Shown: positions 26,850 to 40,474, counted from the first letter of the whole stretch. The stretch is DNA of 63,960 nt, filler included, from Octopus bimaculoides (GCF_001194135.2; 6 parts of 5 records of this genome joined end to end with filler, not necessarily neighbours in it); one strand, 5' to 3'. A program made the numbers and translations. The notes: generated by a model from the sequence alone, not told the origin.

Positions 26850-27780
26850 CTGCTGATGCAAATGACAGCAAGAAGCTTTACCATCTTATGAAGCAAGTTT
26901 ATGGGCCTAAGAGCTCCACATCAGCTCCTTTGCTTTCCAAGGAGTCTACTAAATCAACAGAAATCACAGGTCACTGGATTGAACACTTTTCTGAACTCCT
27001 AAACCATGTGTCAGTTGTGGATGAAATAGTGAGTGATACCAAGCAACAAAGACCTATCATTAGCTCCTTAAATTCCATGCTCTCAATAGATAAAGTAATG
27101 ACATCAATAAGTAAAGTGAATCTTGGTAGGGCACCTGGAAGGGATGGAATTTGTGCTGAGGTCTTGCAATTTGGTGGTGATTACATCATACAGTCCCTTC
27201 ATTAACTTATCAGTGCAGACACATTCTGAATGTTGGTTGGAACTTAAAAACTCCAGACACACAGGTCCTGAGGACAGCTGATATCTTGAGTATTGAGGCG
27301 ATGGTGCACAAGCACTGGTTATGTTGGGCTGGGTACCTTATAAGAATGAAGGATAGCAGGATCCCTAAGCAGATGATATATAGGGAACTTGTAAATAGAC
27401 AGAGACCTCAGTAGAAACCAAGGCTGTGATTTAAGAACTGTGTCAAGTCTCATAAAAGGCCTGTGATATGCAGGAGACCTACTGGGAGAGCAATGTCTGT
27501 CATCGTCACAGATGGAGGAAGCAAGTTAAGGAGGGGGTCGACACTTTTGAGAGAGCACGTATTCTGCATGAAGAACATAAGTGTGCTGCTCAAAAGCGTA
27601 CTGCTTGTGTAATGAATGGGGAAAGCTTGGTTTGCAATGTTTGCAGCCGTGTATGCTTGTCAAGAGCAGGGCTCATTAGCCACCAATGGAGCCACAAATG
27701 CAAAATATAAGTTAATCCTAGAGCGCACAATGTTCCTGAAGGTCAGCAACGGTCTTCCTTGATCACGAGTTGATGGCCAT
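26850..27780 (+). mobile_element. Degenerate, internally deleted RTE/BovB-like LINE of a second subfamily
   Basis: KQVYGPKSS, HWIEHFSELLN, GRAPGRDGICAEV, a region resembling GHL.RM...RIPKQ..YGEL, and a C-terminal zinc finger CNVCSRVCLSRAGLISHQWSH. Confidence 0.82.
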
Positions 27781-27796
27781 CATATATATATATATA

Positions 27797-28187
27797 TACT
27801 AGCAGTATAACCCAACGTTGTCCGGGTGTAACTTATTATGCCATCTACAATAAGTCTTGCTAGCTGAAAATCAACTAAAAAAGAAAGCCTTACAATGAAA
27901 AAACCCTTATGATGTAAATATGTTCATAATTCAAAAGACGATGAAATTAATAGGGAAAGTCTGAAGGCTGTTTTGCGTAAAATTATTAAGCATATGTAAA
28001 TTTCATCCGTGTAATTGGCTATAGAAATGCTTGTGCAAAACAACTTTTTGTGCTGCCCTGATTATACATAGCAGGGTAATCCCTTTTAGCAGGAGCTAGG
28101 ATGGCAATTTCTGATGAAGCAATTGCTGGCGATCTGTTGCTACACAGTTTTGCCAGAATTCTATCAGATTGGGCAGAAGATATTGAT
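27797..28187. mobile_element. Probable Helitron-related fragment
   Basis: Starts tactagcagtataacccaacgttgtccggg beside (TA)n. The minus strand of ~28090-28175 reads RILAKLCSNRSPAIASSEIAIL, loosely like the Helitron/PIF1 helicase segment ILAKVRS..KIALAVASSGIAA. Confidence 0.4.
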
Positions 28188-28287
28188 NNNNNNNNNNNNN
28201 NNNNNNNNNNNNNNNNNNNNNNNNNNNNNNNTTAATTAATTAANNNNNNNNNNNNNNNNNNNNNNNNNNNNNNNNNNNNNNNNNNNN

Positions 28288-29542
28288 GGTACGAATGATC
28301 GATCGAACGAAATAACGAACGGACGTACGCACGTACAAACGATCGAACGAAAGAACGAACTAACGAATGAATGTACGTACTTACGAACGAACGATCGTAC
28401 GCAAGTACGAAAGAACAAACGATCGATCGAACAAACGTAATTACGTACGTACGTACGAACGAACGGTGGAAGGAACGAACGAACGTACGAATGATCGAAC
28501 GAACGAACTAACGAACGAACATACGCACGTACGTAGGTAGGAACGAGCGAACGAATGACCGCAAGATCAAACGAACTTAATTACGTACGTACGAACGAAA
28601 GAATGGATGAACGAACGTACGTACGATCAAACGAATGATCGAACGAACGAACGTTCAAACGATCGAACAAACGAACGAAGGAATGAACGTACGTACTTAC
28701 GAACAAACAAACGAACAAAAGAACGTACTTACGTAGGTATGTACGTATGTACGAACGAACGAAGTCACGTAAGTACGAACGAACGAACGATCGATCGAAC
28801 GAACGTAATTACGTACGTATGTACGAATGAACGAACGTACGTAAGTACGAACGATCGTACGAACGGTGGAAGGAACGAACGAACGTACGTACGAATTAAC
28901 GAACGAAGGAACGAACGATCTAATGAAAGAACGAACATACGCACGTACGTACGTAGGAACGAGCGAACGAATGACCGCAAGATCAAACGAACTTTGCGTA
29001 CGTACGAACGAAAGAATGGATGAACGAACGTACGTACGAACAAACGAATGATCGAAGGAAGGAACTTACGTTCGAATGAACGTACGTACGAGTGATCGAA
29101 CGAACGAACGATGGAACGAACGTACGTACGTACAATCGATCGAACGAACGAAAGAACGAACTAACAAATGAACGTACGTACTTACGAACGATCGAAGGAA
29201 GGAACGTACGTACGAATGATCAATCGAACGAAAGAACGAACTAACGAACGGACGTACGTACAAACGATCGAACGAACGAACNNNNNNNNNNCGTACTTAC
29301 GAACGATCGAAGGAAGGAACGTACGTACGAATGATCAATCGAACGAAAGAACGAACTAACGAACGGACGTACGTACAAACGATCGAACGAACGAACGATC
29401 GTACGTATGAACGAACGAACGTTCAAACGATCGAACAAACGAACGAAGGAATGAACGTACGTACTTACGAACGAACGAACGTACGTACGAACAACGAATG
29501 CACGTACGAACGAACGAAAAAACGAACGATAGAATGAATGAA
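28288..29542. repeat. Complex (ACGA/ACGT)n satellite with higher-order repeats
   Basis: A tetranucleotide grammar. The marker words ggtggaaggaac (28465, 28865) and gaccgcaagatc (28557, 28973) recur about 400-416 bp apart. Confidence 0.9.
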
Positions 29543-29642
29543 NNNNNNNNNNNNNNNNNNNNNNNNNNNNNNNNNNNNNNNNNNNNTTAATTAATTAANN
29601 NNNNNNNNNNNNNNNNNNNNNNNNNNNNNNNNNNNNNNNNNN

Positions 29643-29709
<67 letters not shown>

Positions 29710-31178
29710 ACACGCACGGAAGGCAGAAAATGAACGGCAAATAGCAAAGAGTAATAAGGGAATGCAAAGAAAACCAAAATAAGCCACACCCCTACTTCTT
29801 AGCCCTGACCACCAAAGAATTTCATCATGCAGAATAAACTATTACAAAACATTCCGACTAAATAAAATAAAGGACTCCTTAACACTTGCATAAAAGACAA
29901 CCGAAGAAGTTACTCTGTTTTTACTGAGCTACCTGGAGCATATGAAAGTATGACTATCAGAGATAAGATTAAAGCATTTTTTTCATTTGCTTTTTTTGCG
30001 ATACTATGGGGTGCATAAACAGCACAAAGATAGAGATAATGATACTGGCAATAATACTGTTAATTAGGATGATAATGATGTCCGTAATGAGAAATAAAAT
30101 AGTCTCTAGTGTAAGCATTGTAACTTTCATGGATGATAAATCTGTTAAGAAGACCAGAATATCACGAGAAGTGATGAACCTACCGCATACTGACAAGTGA
30201 CATTTGTAATAAGGATAAATACACCATCCATCTTTCCCCCCCCCCCTCTTCCTGGCTGTACGTACATGTGCGTGCGCACAGAAATATATCGTAACGAACA
30301 CACAGCTATTGGTGCTATAGAAAGTACTAGTGGAGACAGTCGAATTCTTTGTCATCCGAGGAGAGAGAATATGGAATTCATGTCAGTGTGGACGTGGTAT
30401 ACGGGTAACTGAAAGAAAACATTGATGGCTACATTTTTGCAACACGCTAGTATGTATGTATGTATGTATGTATGTATGTATGTATGTATGTATGTATGTA
30501 TATATGCATGTATGTATGTATGTATGTATGTATATGGGTGTGTGCGTGTGTCCGTGCATACATATTTTTATGTTTGTATACATACATTACACACACATAC
30601 ACACACACACACACACACGCACCCACCCATATTAGTATGTATTTCTGTTGAAACCAAACTGACATGAAGCATTGTTATATATAATATCCAGAATCCCGAA
30701 GTATGTGTCTTATTATGTTTAATTATATCCAATCATATTCTAATTTTGCTTATCTCATTCTGAATGTTTGCTGTCATTTTTTCTTACCCCCAGGACATTT
30801 GCATTCTCCTCTAATGATATTTGTCTCGCCTTACTGTCATAAAGCGTTAAATACTAACATTCTCATCGTACCACTCACACTACTTACAATTATTAATAAA
30901 CAAAGCTATACTAATTGACTGCAAACAATTCCCACCAGTATTTCTACTCCTTACTCTTGTTCTGTTTCCCAACATTTTAGTCAGAAATGTTGATAAACAA
31001 CCTTGATCTCTACCATGTAGGAACAGTGGAAGTTCTTTTTTAAGCTAGTCTAAGGAGTAGTAGAAGATGGCGATAATTAGTAGTTTTGCACTCGTACAAT
31101 TGGAGCTGGAGCAGACAGTAAACGTACTGAATTTTTCCATGGCCCAGCTTTCACCACAGTTATCGTAATGTATGTCCT

Positions 31179-31438
31179 GTAAGTTCACCGTCATCAATTC
31201 ACCTCAAAGAAAGTTTACCGTCATTAATTCACCGTTTTTAATCTTTATTTTTCAATAGGATAGTTTTTAACTATTAATGGTGAGATACTATGGATATATT
31301 TTCTCAGTGAACTTTCCTCGCGATGAACTTTCCTCACGGAGAACTTTCTTCACGATGAATGGATGGCGGTGAACTTTCCCTGCGATGAATGGATGGCGGT
31401 GAACTTACCCTGCGGTGAATTGATGGCAGTGAACTTAC
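31179..31438. mobile_element. TIR MITE with subterminal repeat arrays
   Basis: The left end gtaagttcaccgtcatcaattcacc is the reverse complement of the right end ggtgaattgatggcagtgaacttac. Several tandem gtgaact(t/a)cc..cgatgaat units lie inside. Confidence 0.68.
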
Positions 31439-33964
31439 TTGTAATCATCTTAATGAGGTGTAGTAAGTAAGAGGATTACTCAATGATGGTAGAATCCCAC
31501 TTTACAGTAACCAGAAGGTTCTGCAGTAAATCAGGAGCTTGAAAGCCGTGCGATTTGCGTAGGCATGTCTGTGTGGATTACATCACTTCACGATTACGTA
31601 GTTTCTGGTTCAATGCCACTTCTTGCTACATGGATAAGTGTCTTCTGCCATAGTTACTGTTCGGCCAATGCCTTGTAAGTGAATGCAGTAGATGGAAACT
31701 GTGTAAGCCCTTTGATCGTGTGTGTGTGCGTGTGTATATCGATGTGTGCATGTTTATATGTATGTGTGCCTGCGTGTGTATGTATGTGTGTAATTGGGCG
31801 TTTTTGCGTTCGTCTTTCACAAACTGACGACTAGTGTTAGTTTGTTTATGTTCTAGTAACTTAGCGACTAGTGGAATAAAGATCAAAATTAAAATTAGTA
31901 TTTGGAATCGATTTCATTGACTATGCTCTTCAAGGAGTTGCTCAAACTTGGGTGCAATTAAAAAAAAAAAGAGAATAAAAGAAAGTATGAATGTATCCTT
32001 CACCTCTTGTTATGATAGTCATGAAAGGATCGCCATGGTGAATGAATTTCCCTTACTTCTGGATGACTTCGTTTCGATGCTAGGCACTTTGAGGCTTTGT
32101 CTGGGTGAAGGATTTGAAGGGACGTGCATTGGAAAATGATTTCGATCACTTGATTGGTAGTCTTATAAGATTTGGCCGTTGAGAAACAATTATTGTCTGA
32201 TCTGAGGTAGTTGGTGCAGACTTGGATGAGCTCCGACCAGTTAATACCAGATACTGCGGAAAGTGTTGCACGGGTTACTAGTTGTAAGATTTGATACTCA
32301 AGCAGGAATCAAACGCTCTATGTCGGAGAGATATTAATGATTGGGTAACGTTTATAATTGGAGGTCTAAACCAGATTACATTTGGTGTATCGGGAGGTCA
32401 TGAGTACGGGTAAGAATGGATATTAACTTTTGCAAACAAATGAGTGGTAACTGCTGAAATGGAACGTCTACAAGTATTAGGAAGAAGAGGAAAAAGAATT
32501 GTACATATTGTAGTCACAGACAACTCCACAGGCAGGTGAGCGGTGATATATGTTTTCGGTACATAACAGGAAATATTTAACATATGAATGTAACATTTTT
32601 AAAACACACACACACACATAAAGATATGTATATATACATATATATGCATGTATGTAGGCCGACAGGTAAGTAGATAGCTAAGTAGGTAGGTAGATAGATA
32701 GGTAGGTAGGTAGGTAGGTAGGTAGGTATAGTAATACAGGACTCGTCAAAAATGACCGTTGACATTGAACTTGAATAAAGTATGCCATAACAGTTGAAGC
32801 CGCTATTCCACATCCCTTCGTATGATCCATGATGAAGTATTCTCCATATTCTTCTGCCTTTCTACATTCACTGCTATGATATTCTTTTCTTGATTTTCAG
32901 TACAGAATTAATCTCTCAAAAGCATATTTTCGACACATTTAATGACATTATATTATAATAGCCAGGATGTTAATTACCTCAGAAAGATAAAAGAAAAGAT
33001 TTTATTACAAATATTGAGGCTTTTGAGCGCATCCGTTAATGAAGGAAATTTTAATTAGTATCCTGTTGTAACTTGGAGTGGATTCAGGGATAAGTTTGTT
33101 TTATGAACAAATAGGGTTATCGGTTGTAAAACCTGAAGTAAATGTAAACATATTACATCATTTAGCACTAACTTTCAAAAGGAGGTTGCCCCTCCTATGA
33201 TTGAAGTATTTTTTATACTATTAGATAAGGATTTTTCAATCCAGCATAGATACCACAAAATTACTAAGTGGAATGCAATGAGATTATCGAATTCATCAAG
33301 CGACATAAATAATAATAATATCTATAATCTTGGGTAGATTTTCCAACATATTGCAACCCTACTAAAACGAAAACTTGTATCATGGAGAATAATAGTCTAG
33401 TAAAAAAAAAAAAAATCAGTGTATGAGGATTCTGTTAAAGCCCTGAATTCTTTCAAAATAGATATGTATTTAACTGCTCATTAGTTTAAAGGAAGGTACA
33501 AGATTCACAATCTCTTATTTCGTAATGAAACCAGAAATGAGATGACTTCAAAGTCACGTTGATTTCATGGCCACGTTATGTTCGAGAGTTGAAGAGATCC
33601 AGTATCTCTTACGAACCGAATTAAACCATTGTAGCGAAGGCTAAAGTGTAACAAAGGCTAAATCATTGACATCTGTATGATTAGTACACCGTAATGGAGA
33701 TGAGCCAACGATGAACACCTCAACAGAGATTCAAGGAAAGTTGCCTCTTTTGGTGCACGATATTTAAAGCATCCCTTCTCTACTCTCTGTATCTTAAAAG
33801 CTAATTTCAACTTAATATTATTTAAGCTTAATTTATATAAGTTGAAGGAGATACTTACTCTATGGAAAATGAAAGAACAAATATGTAGTTAAAAGTACCA
33901 AACAACACATGAACTGAATATAATGAATGAAAATATAATAGTAATGACAATGATAATAATAATA

Positions 33965-34141
33965 GTCCTTTCTTCTATACGCACAAGACCCGAAATTTTG
34001 GGGAACGGGGCTGGTTGACTGCATCAATCTCGGTACGCAACTGTTACTTTATCGACCCCAAAAGGTAAGGACGACCTTGGCGGAATTTGAACTCAAAGCA
34101 CTTTGTCCGGCGTGCTAACGACTCTGCCAGCTCACTGCCCC
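33965..34141 (-). mobile_element. Nin/Deu SINE
   Basis: ttatcgaccccaaaaggtaaggacgaccttggcggaatttgaactc...ctgccagctcac. Confidence 0.75.
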
Positions 34142-34194
34142 CAATAAAACAAGCTATAAATGAATAAATAAATGAATAAATAAATAAATCGGCC

Positions 34195-34900
34195 CAGGTC
34201 TCACTGTGTGGTAAGAAGTTTACTTTTCAACCACATGGTTCCGTGTTCCGTCCTACTGCGTGGAACCTTGGGTGAATGTCTTCTACTATAGCGTCGGGCC
34301 GACAAAAACCTTGTGAGTGGTTTCGGCTGACGGAAACTGAAAGAAGCCTGTCGCATATATATATATATATATANNNNNNNNNNNNNNNNNNNNNNNNNNN
34401 NNNNNNNNNNNNNNNNNNNNNNNNNNNNNNNNNNNNNNNNNNNNNNNNNNNNNNNNNNNNNNNNNNNNNNNNNNNNNNNNNNNNNNNNATATATAATTTC
34501 TAATTCAATAATAGGATAAAGTCTTTATAAGAATTTATCAAGTAGTTAGCGTGAAAAAACCTCACAAGGGAGGAGTCCCTCTTAGTGTGCGAGGCGTTAT
34601 TGTATAGTAATGTCCTTATATAAATTAAATATATTTATAGGGGAAAATGATGGGTTTTTTAATTTATGAGGTTTTTTTCACGCTAACTACTTGATAAATT
34701 CTTATAAAGACTTTATCCTATTATTAAATTATATATATATATGCGTGTGTGTGTTTGTCCCCCACTATTGCTTCACAACCGGTATTAGTGTGTTTAAGTA
34801 CCCGTAATCAAGCAGTTCGGCAAAACATATCGATAGAAAAAGTACTAGGTTGAAGAAAATAAGTATTGGGTTCAATTCAGTTGACTAAAATTCTTCATGG
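34195..34900 (+). mobile_element. tRNA/CORE-like SINE split by a palindromic element in its internal (TA)n
   Basis: 5' half at 34195-34352 and 3' half at ~34741-34900, separated by (TA)n, an N gap and the 34507-34725 inverted-repeat element. Confidence 0.72.
34507..34725. repeat. Inverted-repeat element (~58-bp arms)
   Basis: Arms 34507-34564 and 34667-34725 are reverse complements except for one extra base in a poly-A/T run. Confidence 0.9.
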
Positions 34901-35201
34901 TCACTGTCTAATGAGTGAAACGAATAAACGAATAGAAGAATAAATAAATGTATCAGAATGGTGTGACCGGGATTAGGAGTGGTGGTAGTGGTAGGAGAAA
35001 TTTGAGTGGACCTCTAGTAAGAGACATAAACTCATCTAGTAAGAGACATAATTGCTCCGATTGTATATAAAATGTGAATTTCATAAATTTGTTCATATTT
35101 AGATATGTCTTAATTGAGGAAATTACTAGCCAGTACCAACTCCATCAACACGGATAACATAACAAGGTAAAATGGTTAGCTCTGTTCGACTGGCTCTACG
35201 A

Positions 35202-35264
<63 letters not shown>

Positions 35265-35680
35265 NNNNNNNNNNNNNNNNNNNNNNNNNNNNNNNNNNNN
35301 NNNNNNNNNNNNNNNNNNNNNNNNNNNNNNNNNNNNNNNNNNNNNNNNNNNNNNNNNNNNNNNNNNNNNNNNNNNNNNNNNNNNNNNNNNNNNNNNNNNN
35401 NNNNNNNNNNNNNNNNNNNNNNNNNNNNNNNNNNNNNNNNNNNNNNNNNNNNNNNNNNNNNNNNNNNNNNNNNNNNNNNNNNNNNNNNNNNNNNNNNNNN
35501 NNNNNNNNNNNNNNNNNNNNNNNNNNNNNNNNNNNNNNNNNNNNNNNNNNNNNNNNNNNNNNNNNNNNNNNNNNNNNNNNNNNNNNNNNNNNNNNNNNNN
35601 NNNNNNNNNNNNNNNNNNNNNNNNNNNNNNNNNNNNNNNNNNNNNNNNNNNNNNNNNNNNNNNNNNNNNNNNNNNNNNNN

Positions 35681-35872
35681 TTATAAGCCATTTAAAAAAA
35701 AAACACACAAAAACCGTTAGATTCACTTCAACATTTAAATTTAATTTGCCAAAATATTTTCGTCGGTTTAAGACAGGTCGCAGTCTCAAAGCGACGAAAA
35801 TATTTTGGCAAACTAAATTTAAATGTAGAAGTGAATCTAACGGTTTTTGTGTGTTTTTTAAATGATTTATAA
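35681..35872. repeat. ~190-bp near-perfect palindrome
   Basis: The arms pair almost to the centre (agac-aggtcgca-gtct, 8-nt loop). Confidence 0.9.
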
Positions 35873-35913
35873 ACACCTTCCACGCTGCAATTGTTATATA
35901 TATATATATGTGC

Positions 35914-35958
<45 letters not shown>

Positions 35959-36522
35959 TTAGAGTGAATAGCGCGTGTGTGTACGTTTTTGTACTGTGGT
36001 AGGGGTCGGTGTTAGTGACATTTACTTACACATGATGCCACTCATAACATTTTCTCTGAGGAAATTCATACTATGTAAATGAATACTCACCTGCCGAACT
36101 CGCCCCAACGTATACAGCTTATCAACTCAGTTATGTAGTTTTAAAAAATTTGCATCTTAGGCCTGTCATATTTTGCGGAACAAAATTGATAAACTCATCA
36201 CGTATCTTAAGCAGTTATTAATTTAGAACAGCATTTATTATCATATTATTTAGCCAACTATTTATTTAGTACAACGCTTGTTATCTTATTATCTAGCAAT
36301 TACACTAGTTAACTTTGCGTCTGTTTATTCAAGGTGACTCCTCCCTATCTTTCACCGCTTCCACACTTTCTGCTCTTTTTTTCATTTTTCAATTTAATGC
36401 TTTCTTTGTATTTAATAGTCCCAGATTTTGTTTAAGCGAATTTTTGTATTGTTCTTTCGTATACATAGACATTTGTACACAGATAATACATGCATACGTG
36501 TGTAAGTACATGTCTATATACA

Positions 36523-36584
<62 letters not shown>

Positions 36585-36649
36585 GCTATCTATCTATCTA
36601 TCTCTCTCTCTATATATATATGTATGTATACACACACACACACACACAC

Positions 36650-36866
36650 ACAAGAGGAAGGTGAAAAGTTCCTGCCTTTAAGGGTGTCGCGGAAGGTCTG
36701 GTTAGAGGCCCAATCGTTCGAGTTCTTTTACAGGGCTTAGGAAAACTGAATGATCGCTACAGCATGTGTGAATCTGAGAAAGGAATATGTTGAACTAAAT
36801 CATAATTAACTGATCCTCCTGTATTTTCTTTTACCCAAAGCCAGGAACTTTTCAGCACATCTCGTA
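36650..36866 (+). mobile_element. Mariner-derived MITE
   Basis: Imperfect TIRs (gaaaagttcctgccttt ... aaagccaggaacttttcagc) ending ctcgta. The interior resembles a mariner C-terminus (GLGKLNDRYS..., EYVE). Confidence 0.75.
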
Positions 36867-36877
36867 TACACACTCAC

Positions 36878-36923
<46 letters not shown>

Positions 36924-37346
36924 GTAACAAGAATATTTGGTTCGCTTCCTAGGAATGAAACCCGAAACACTATGTTCAGATAAGAAATAATTAGATAACA
37001 CTAACAGGATCCTATCAAAGATTGTTTACGACAGTAAAAACTCACCACTCAAATCACCGATAGAAACAGGATCTCATGAATTTTATTGCCTTTTCTTTGA
37101 TAGACATTGGCTAGATATGGTTTGTCTGCAAACTAACCAGTTGTCACAACTCAACCATGACCAACGGCTGCACGAATCTGCCCCGCTCAGTCAGCATCGA
37201 CTTTGAACCATGGCGACGATGAAAGCGCTCACAGCCCAGCCAAAACCAATGGCTTCAAAAAACTTATGTCACTTAATTTACGATCTACATTTGAACAACT
37301 GTTACGGTCAACTGTCATTGCTGATACTCACATTTCACACGAGCTA

Positions 37347-37895
37347 TTAGTTTCAAATTTTGGCATAAGGCCAGCAATTTCGGGTGAGTGGATAAGTCGA
37401 TTATTGATTCTGAAAGAATGAAAGGCAAATTTCATCTCGGTGGAATTTGAACTCAAGACCTAAAGACGGACGAGATGCCACTAAACATTTTGCCTGGCGT
37501 GCTAACGATTCTGCCAGCTCACCGCCTTACGAGCAACTAGTATTAATTATTGACAAGGCGGTGAGCTGATAGAATCGTTAGCACGCCGGATAAAATGCTT
37601 AGTGGCATTTCTTCCGGCTTTAGATTCTACTAGCTCAACGCCTTACGAACAACTAGTATTAATTGCTGACAAGGTGGTCAGCTGGCAGAATCGGATAAAA
37701 TGCAAACTGGATAAAATGCTTAGCGGCATTTCTTCCGGCTTTATGTTCTGAGCTGGAATTCCGTCGAGGGCAACTTTGCCTTTATTCTTCGGGGGTCGAT
37801 AAAATAAGTACCAGTTGAGCCCTGGGGGTTGATGTAATCGACTTACTCCCCGCTCCTCCGAACTTGCTGACCTTGCGCCAAAATTTGAAATTTGA
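37347..37895. mobile_element. Head-to-head Nin/Deu SINE group
   Basis: One minus copy at 37347-37528, a plus 5' fragment at 37554-37625 and a plus copy at 37668-37895. Confidence 0.78.
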
Positions 37896-38675
37896 AGACA
37901 ATATCGATTGCTGGAAAGCATCAATGCTTTATTTTGCAACCATAACATACTGCCAAGTACATTACAGGTTTACAATCAATATTGTGTCTCCCGTATGTTA
38001 GCAGTGTGATATTTTCACTTTAAAGTTTATTTGTATAGATTTTTTATAGAAATCAGAGCCAGCACGGCAAGTTACGTCGTTTCGTATACGAATACGTCTA
38101 TGTAAACAACGTGATCGAAGATAGTAAAAAAAAATAGGTAATGGACGTATACGTATATCTCAATGGTTATTGCCCCTTCATCAGCACTCCATCAATTTTC
38201 TATGAACACATTGCTTTAAATATCCGCTAGGTTTAGAGGCGTAAATATCGCACAGCAAACACGTGGCTCGTAAACCCGTAATGTACATGATAGTATGTCA
38301 TGATTCCGAAACGAAATACTGTCGCCTTGCCAGCAATTAATACACACACGCCCGTGTGCACATATACAATCATACATATACATACATACATGTATATGTA
38401 TCTGCATGACTATATGCATTTACGCATTTTGATGGCCGTTTAAATTCATTTCAACATTTTACAACTAAACAACAGGCTGTGTCCCAAACAGAGTGAAGAA
38501 AACCTTCTGGTAATATCCTGACAACAATGGACTCGTTAGTACAGAACATTTAAGGTTTCAATCGAAGTACTATTGTTAATGGGACATGCATGTATATACT
38601 TATGTATACTTGTAGATATATACACATACACGTATACACACACGTATACACAGCACGAACACGAATATACATACA

Positions 38676-38788
<113 letters not shown>

Positions 38789-38903
38789 ATATATATGTGT
38801 GTATATCTCTGTTTATGTGAGTGGGTGTTTAAACTTTCATATATTCACTTAAGAAAGGAATCAACACTTGTATATATATATATATATATACACGCACACA
38901 CAC

Positions 38904-38939
<36 letters not shown>

Positions 38940-40190
38940 GTACGTATGTGTGCACGAATTCTTTTAATTTTGCTTTTTAATTTTCAGTTATTTAACTCGT
39001 TGGAAAATGGGCTGGTTTCTAAGAAAAGACGCGCCATTATGTAAATTTAGATAACAACAAAAGTATATCTAGTGTTTCAGAAAAGTTTCGCATATTTTCA
39101 TTGTTCCACATGCAAACTGAAGATGCAAAATACAAATTAGCTCTCTTTACTTAAAAACTCAGCTTTTCTAAGAATAAACACATATTGACATTATTCAGCG
39201 CCATAGTAATTACAGGTACGAATAAATTTATAATCAGTGTAAGGAAGAATATTAACTAAACTTGAATGAACATTGCCGCTTGCTTGAAGCATTGTGATGA
39301 CGAAGTATGATAGCAACACAGTGAAAACAAAGAGCTTTTTACTATGCGAAAATGAAAAAGTAGTTTAGTACCTTTTATGCATTTCAGGCACAAATGCCAT
39401 CATCAGAATGAATTTTGTGACCTGAAATATATAAAAGCTATTAAGCTCTTACCTTCTGTCACTGCAAGACGCTGTCTTGCTTCACTATTTTGTTACTATA
39501 CTAATTTTGAATGAACTGTTCACATCCACTGGAGCTGAGTACGCACAACACAGCTTTTATTTTCTCTCAAACAACTATTAGGACAAGTATGAAATTTATA
39601 GTAAGGCGTATGGTAAACTTTGACAGCTGCTCATTTTGCGCCATTATTATATTTTGACAATCCTTATTTTTTGTTAGAAAGCTGACACATTTTCGAGAGA
39701 AAACTGAAAGAAAAGGACTTTATTAATAAATTCAAACCCAAGCTTCATAAACAATGATAAAAAAATAAATCTTATTTAAGGTTTAAAAGTCTTATCCCCA
39801 TATCTAAAAAATAAAAATCTCTAAAAAGTACTGCTATCATCATTTCTAAAAATAAACACTGAAAATTGGTATGGTATCATTTCTAAAAATAATTAAGCAA
39901 CTACTACTTCTATCCACAGGAATGTATATAAAAGGACACAATTTGACCAGTCAACCACAGTTGAAACCAATGAACACAATTGTCACCGCAACCATATGAA
40001 CCTGAAGATTGCATAAATGCAAGAAATTATACTAGTTCAATAAGAATGGACATTTAATATTTCATTTGTTCAATAAGAATAGACAATTAATATTTCATTT
40101 CATTCCTTTTTACTATATTATCTTATATCTTATATTTGTAATAGAAGATTATAAATAAAACATGAAAATCAGAGTTGGAATTCCTTTGAG

Positions 40191-40244
<54 letters not shown>

Positions 40245-40474
40245 AAATATAGATATGTAAAGGTAAGATCCAAGGAACTAGGTGTAGGAACTTAATGAGC
40301 TTTAAGCAATCAGTAGAAAATATAAAAAGCAACTTTCAGGAACAATAGCGGTTTATTGGTGCAGAAGATTGTGAATTTTTCCCGCATCGGTCAGCAAAAG
40401 GAGTTGTCGTATATGCGAATAAACATGTAAAAATTAAGGAATAGAGTAGATACAATCCAGGCAACATATATTTC

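Noticed and set aside
32203-32224. let-7-like 22-mer TGAGGTAGTTGGTGCAGACTTG
   Set aside because: The seed matches, but the 3' half diverges and I could not fold a convincing precursor with a complementary star arm.
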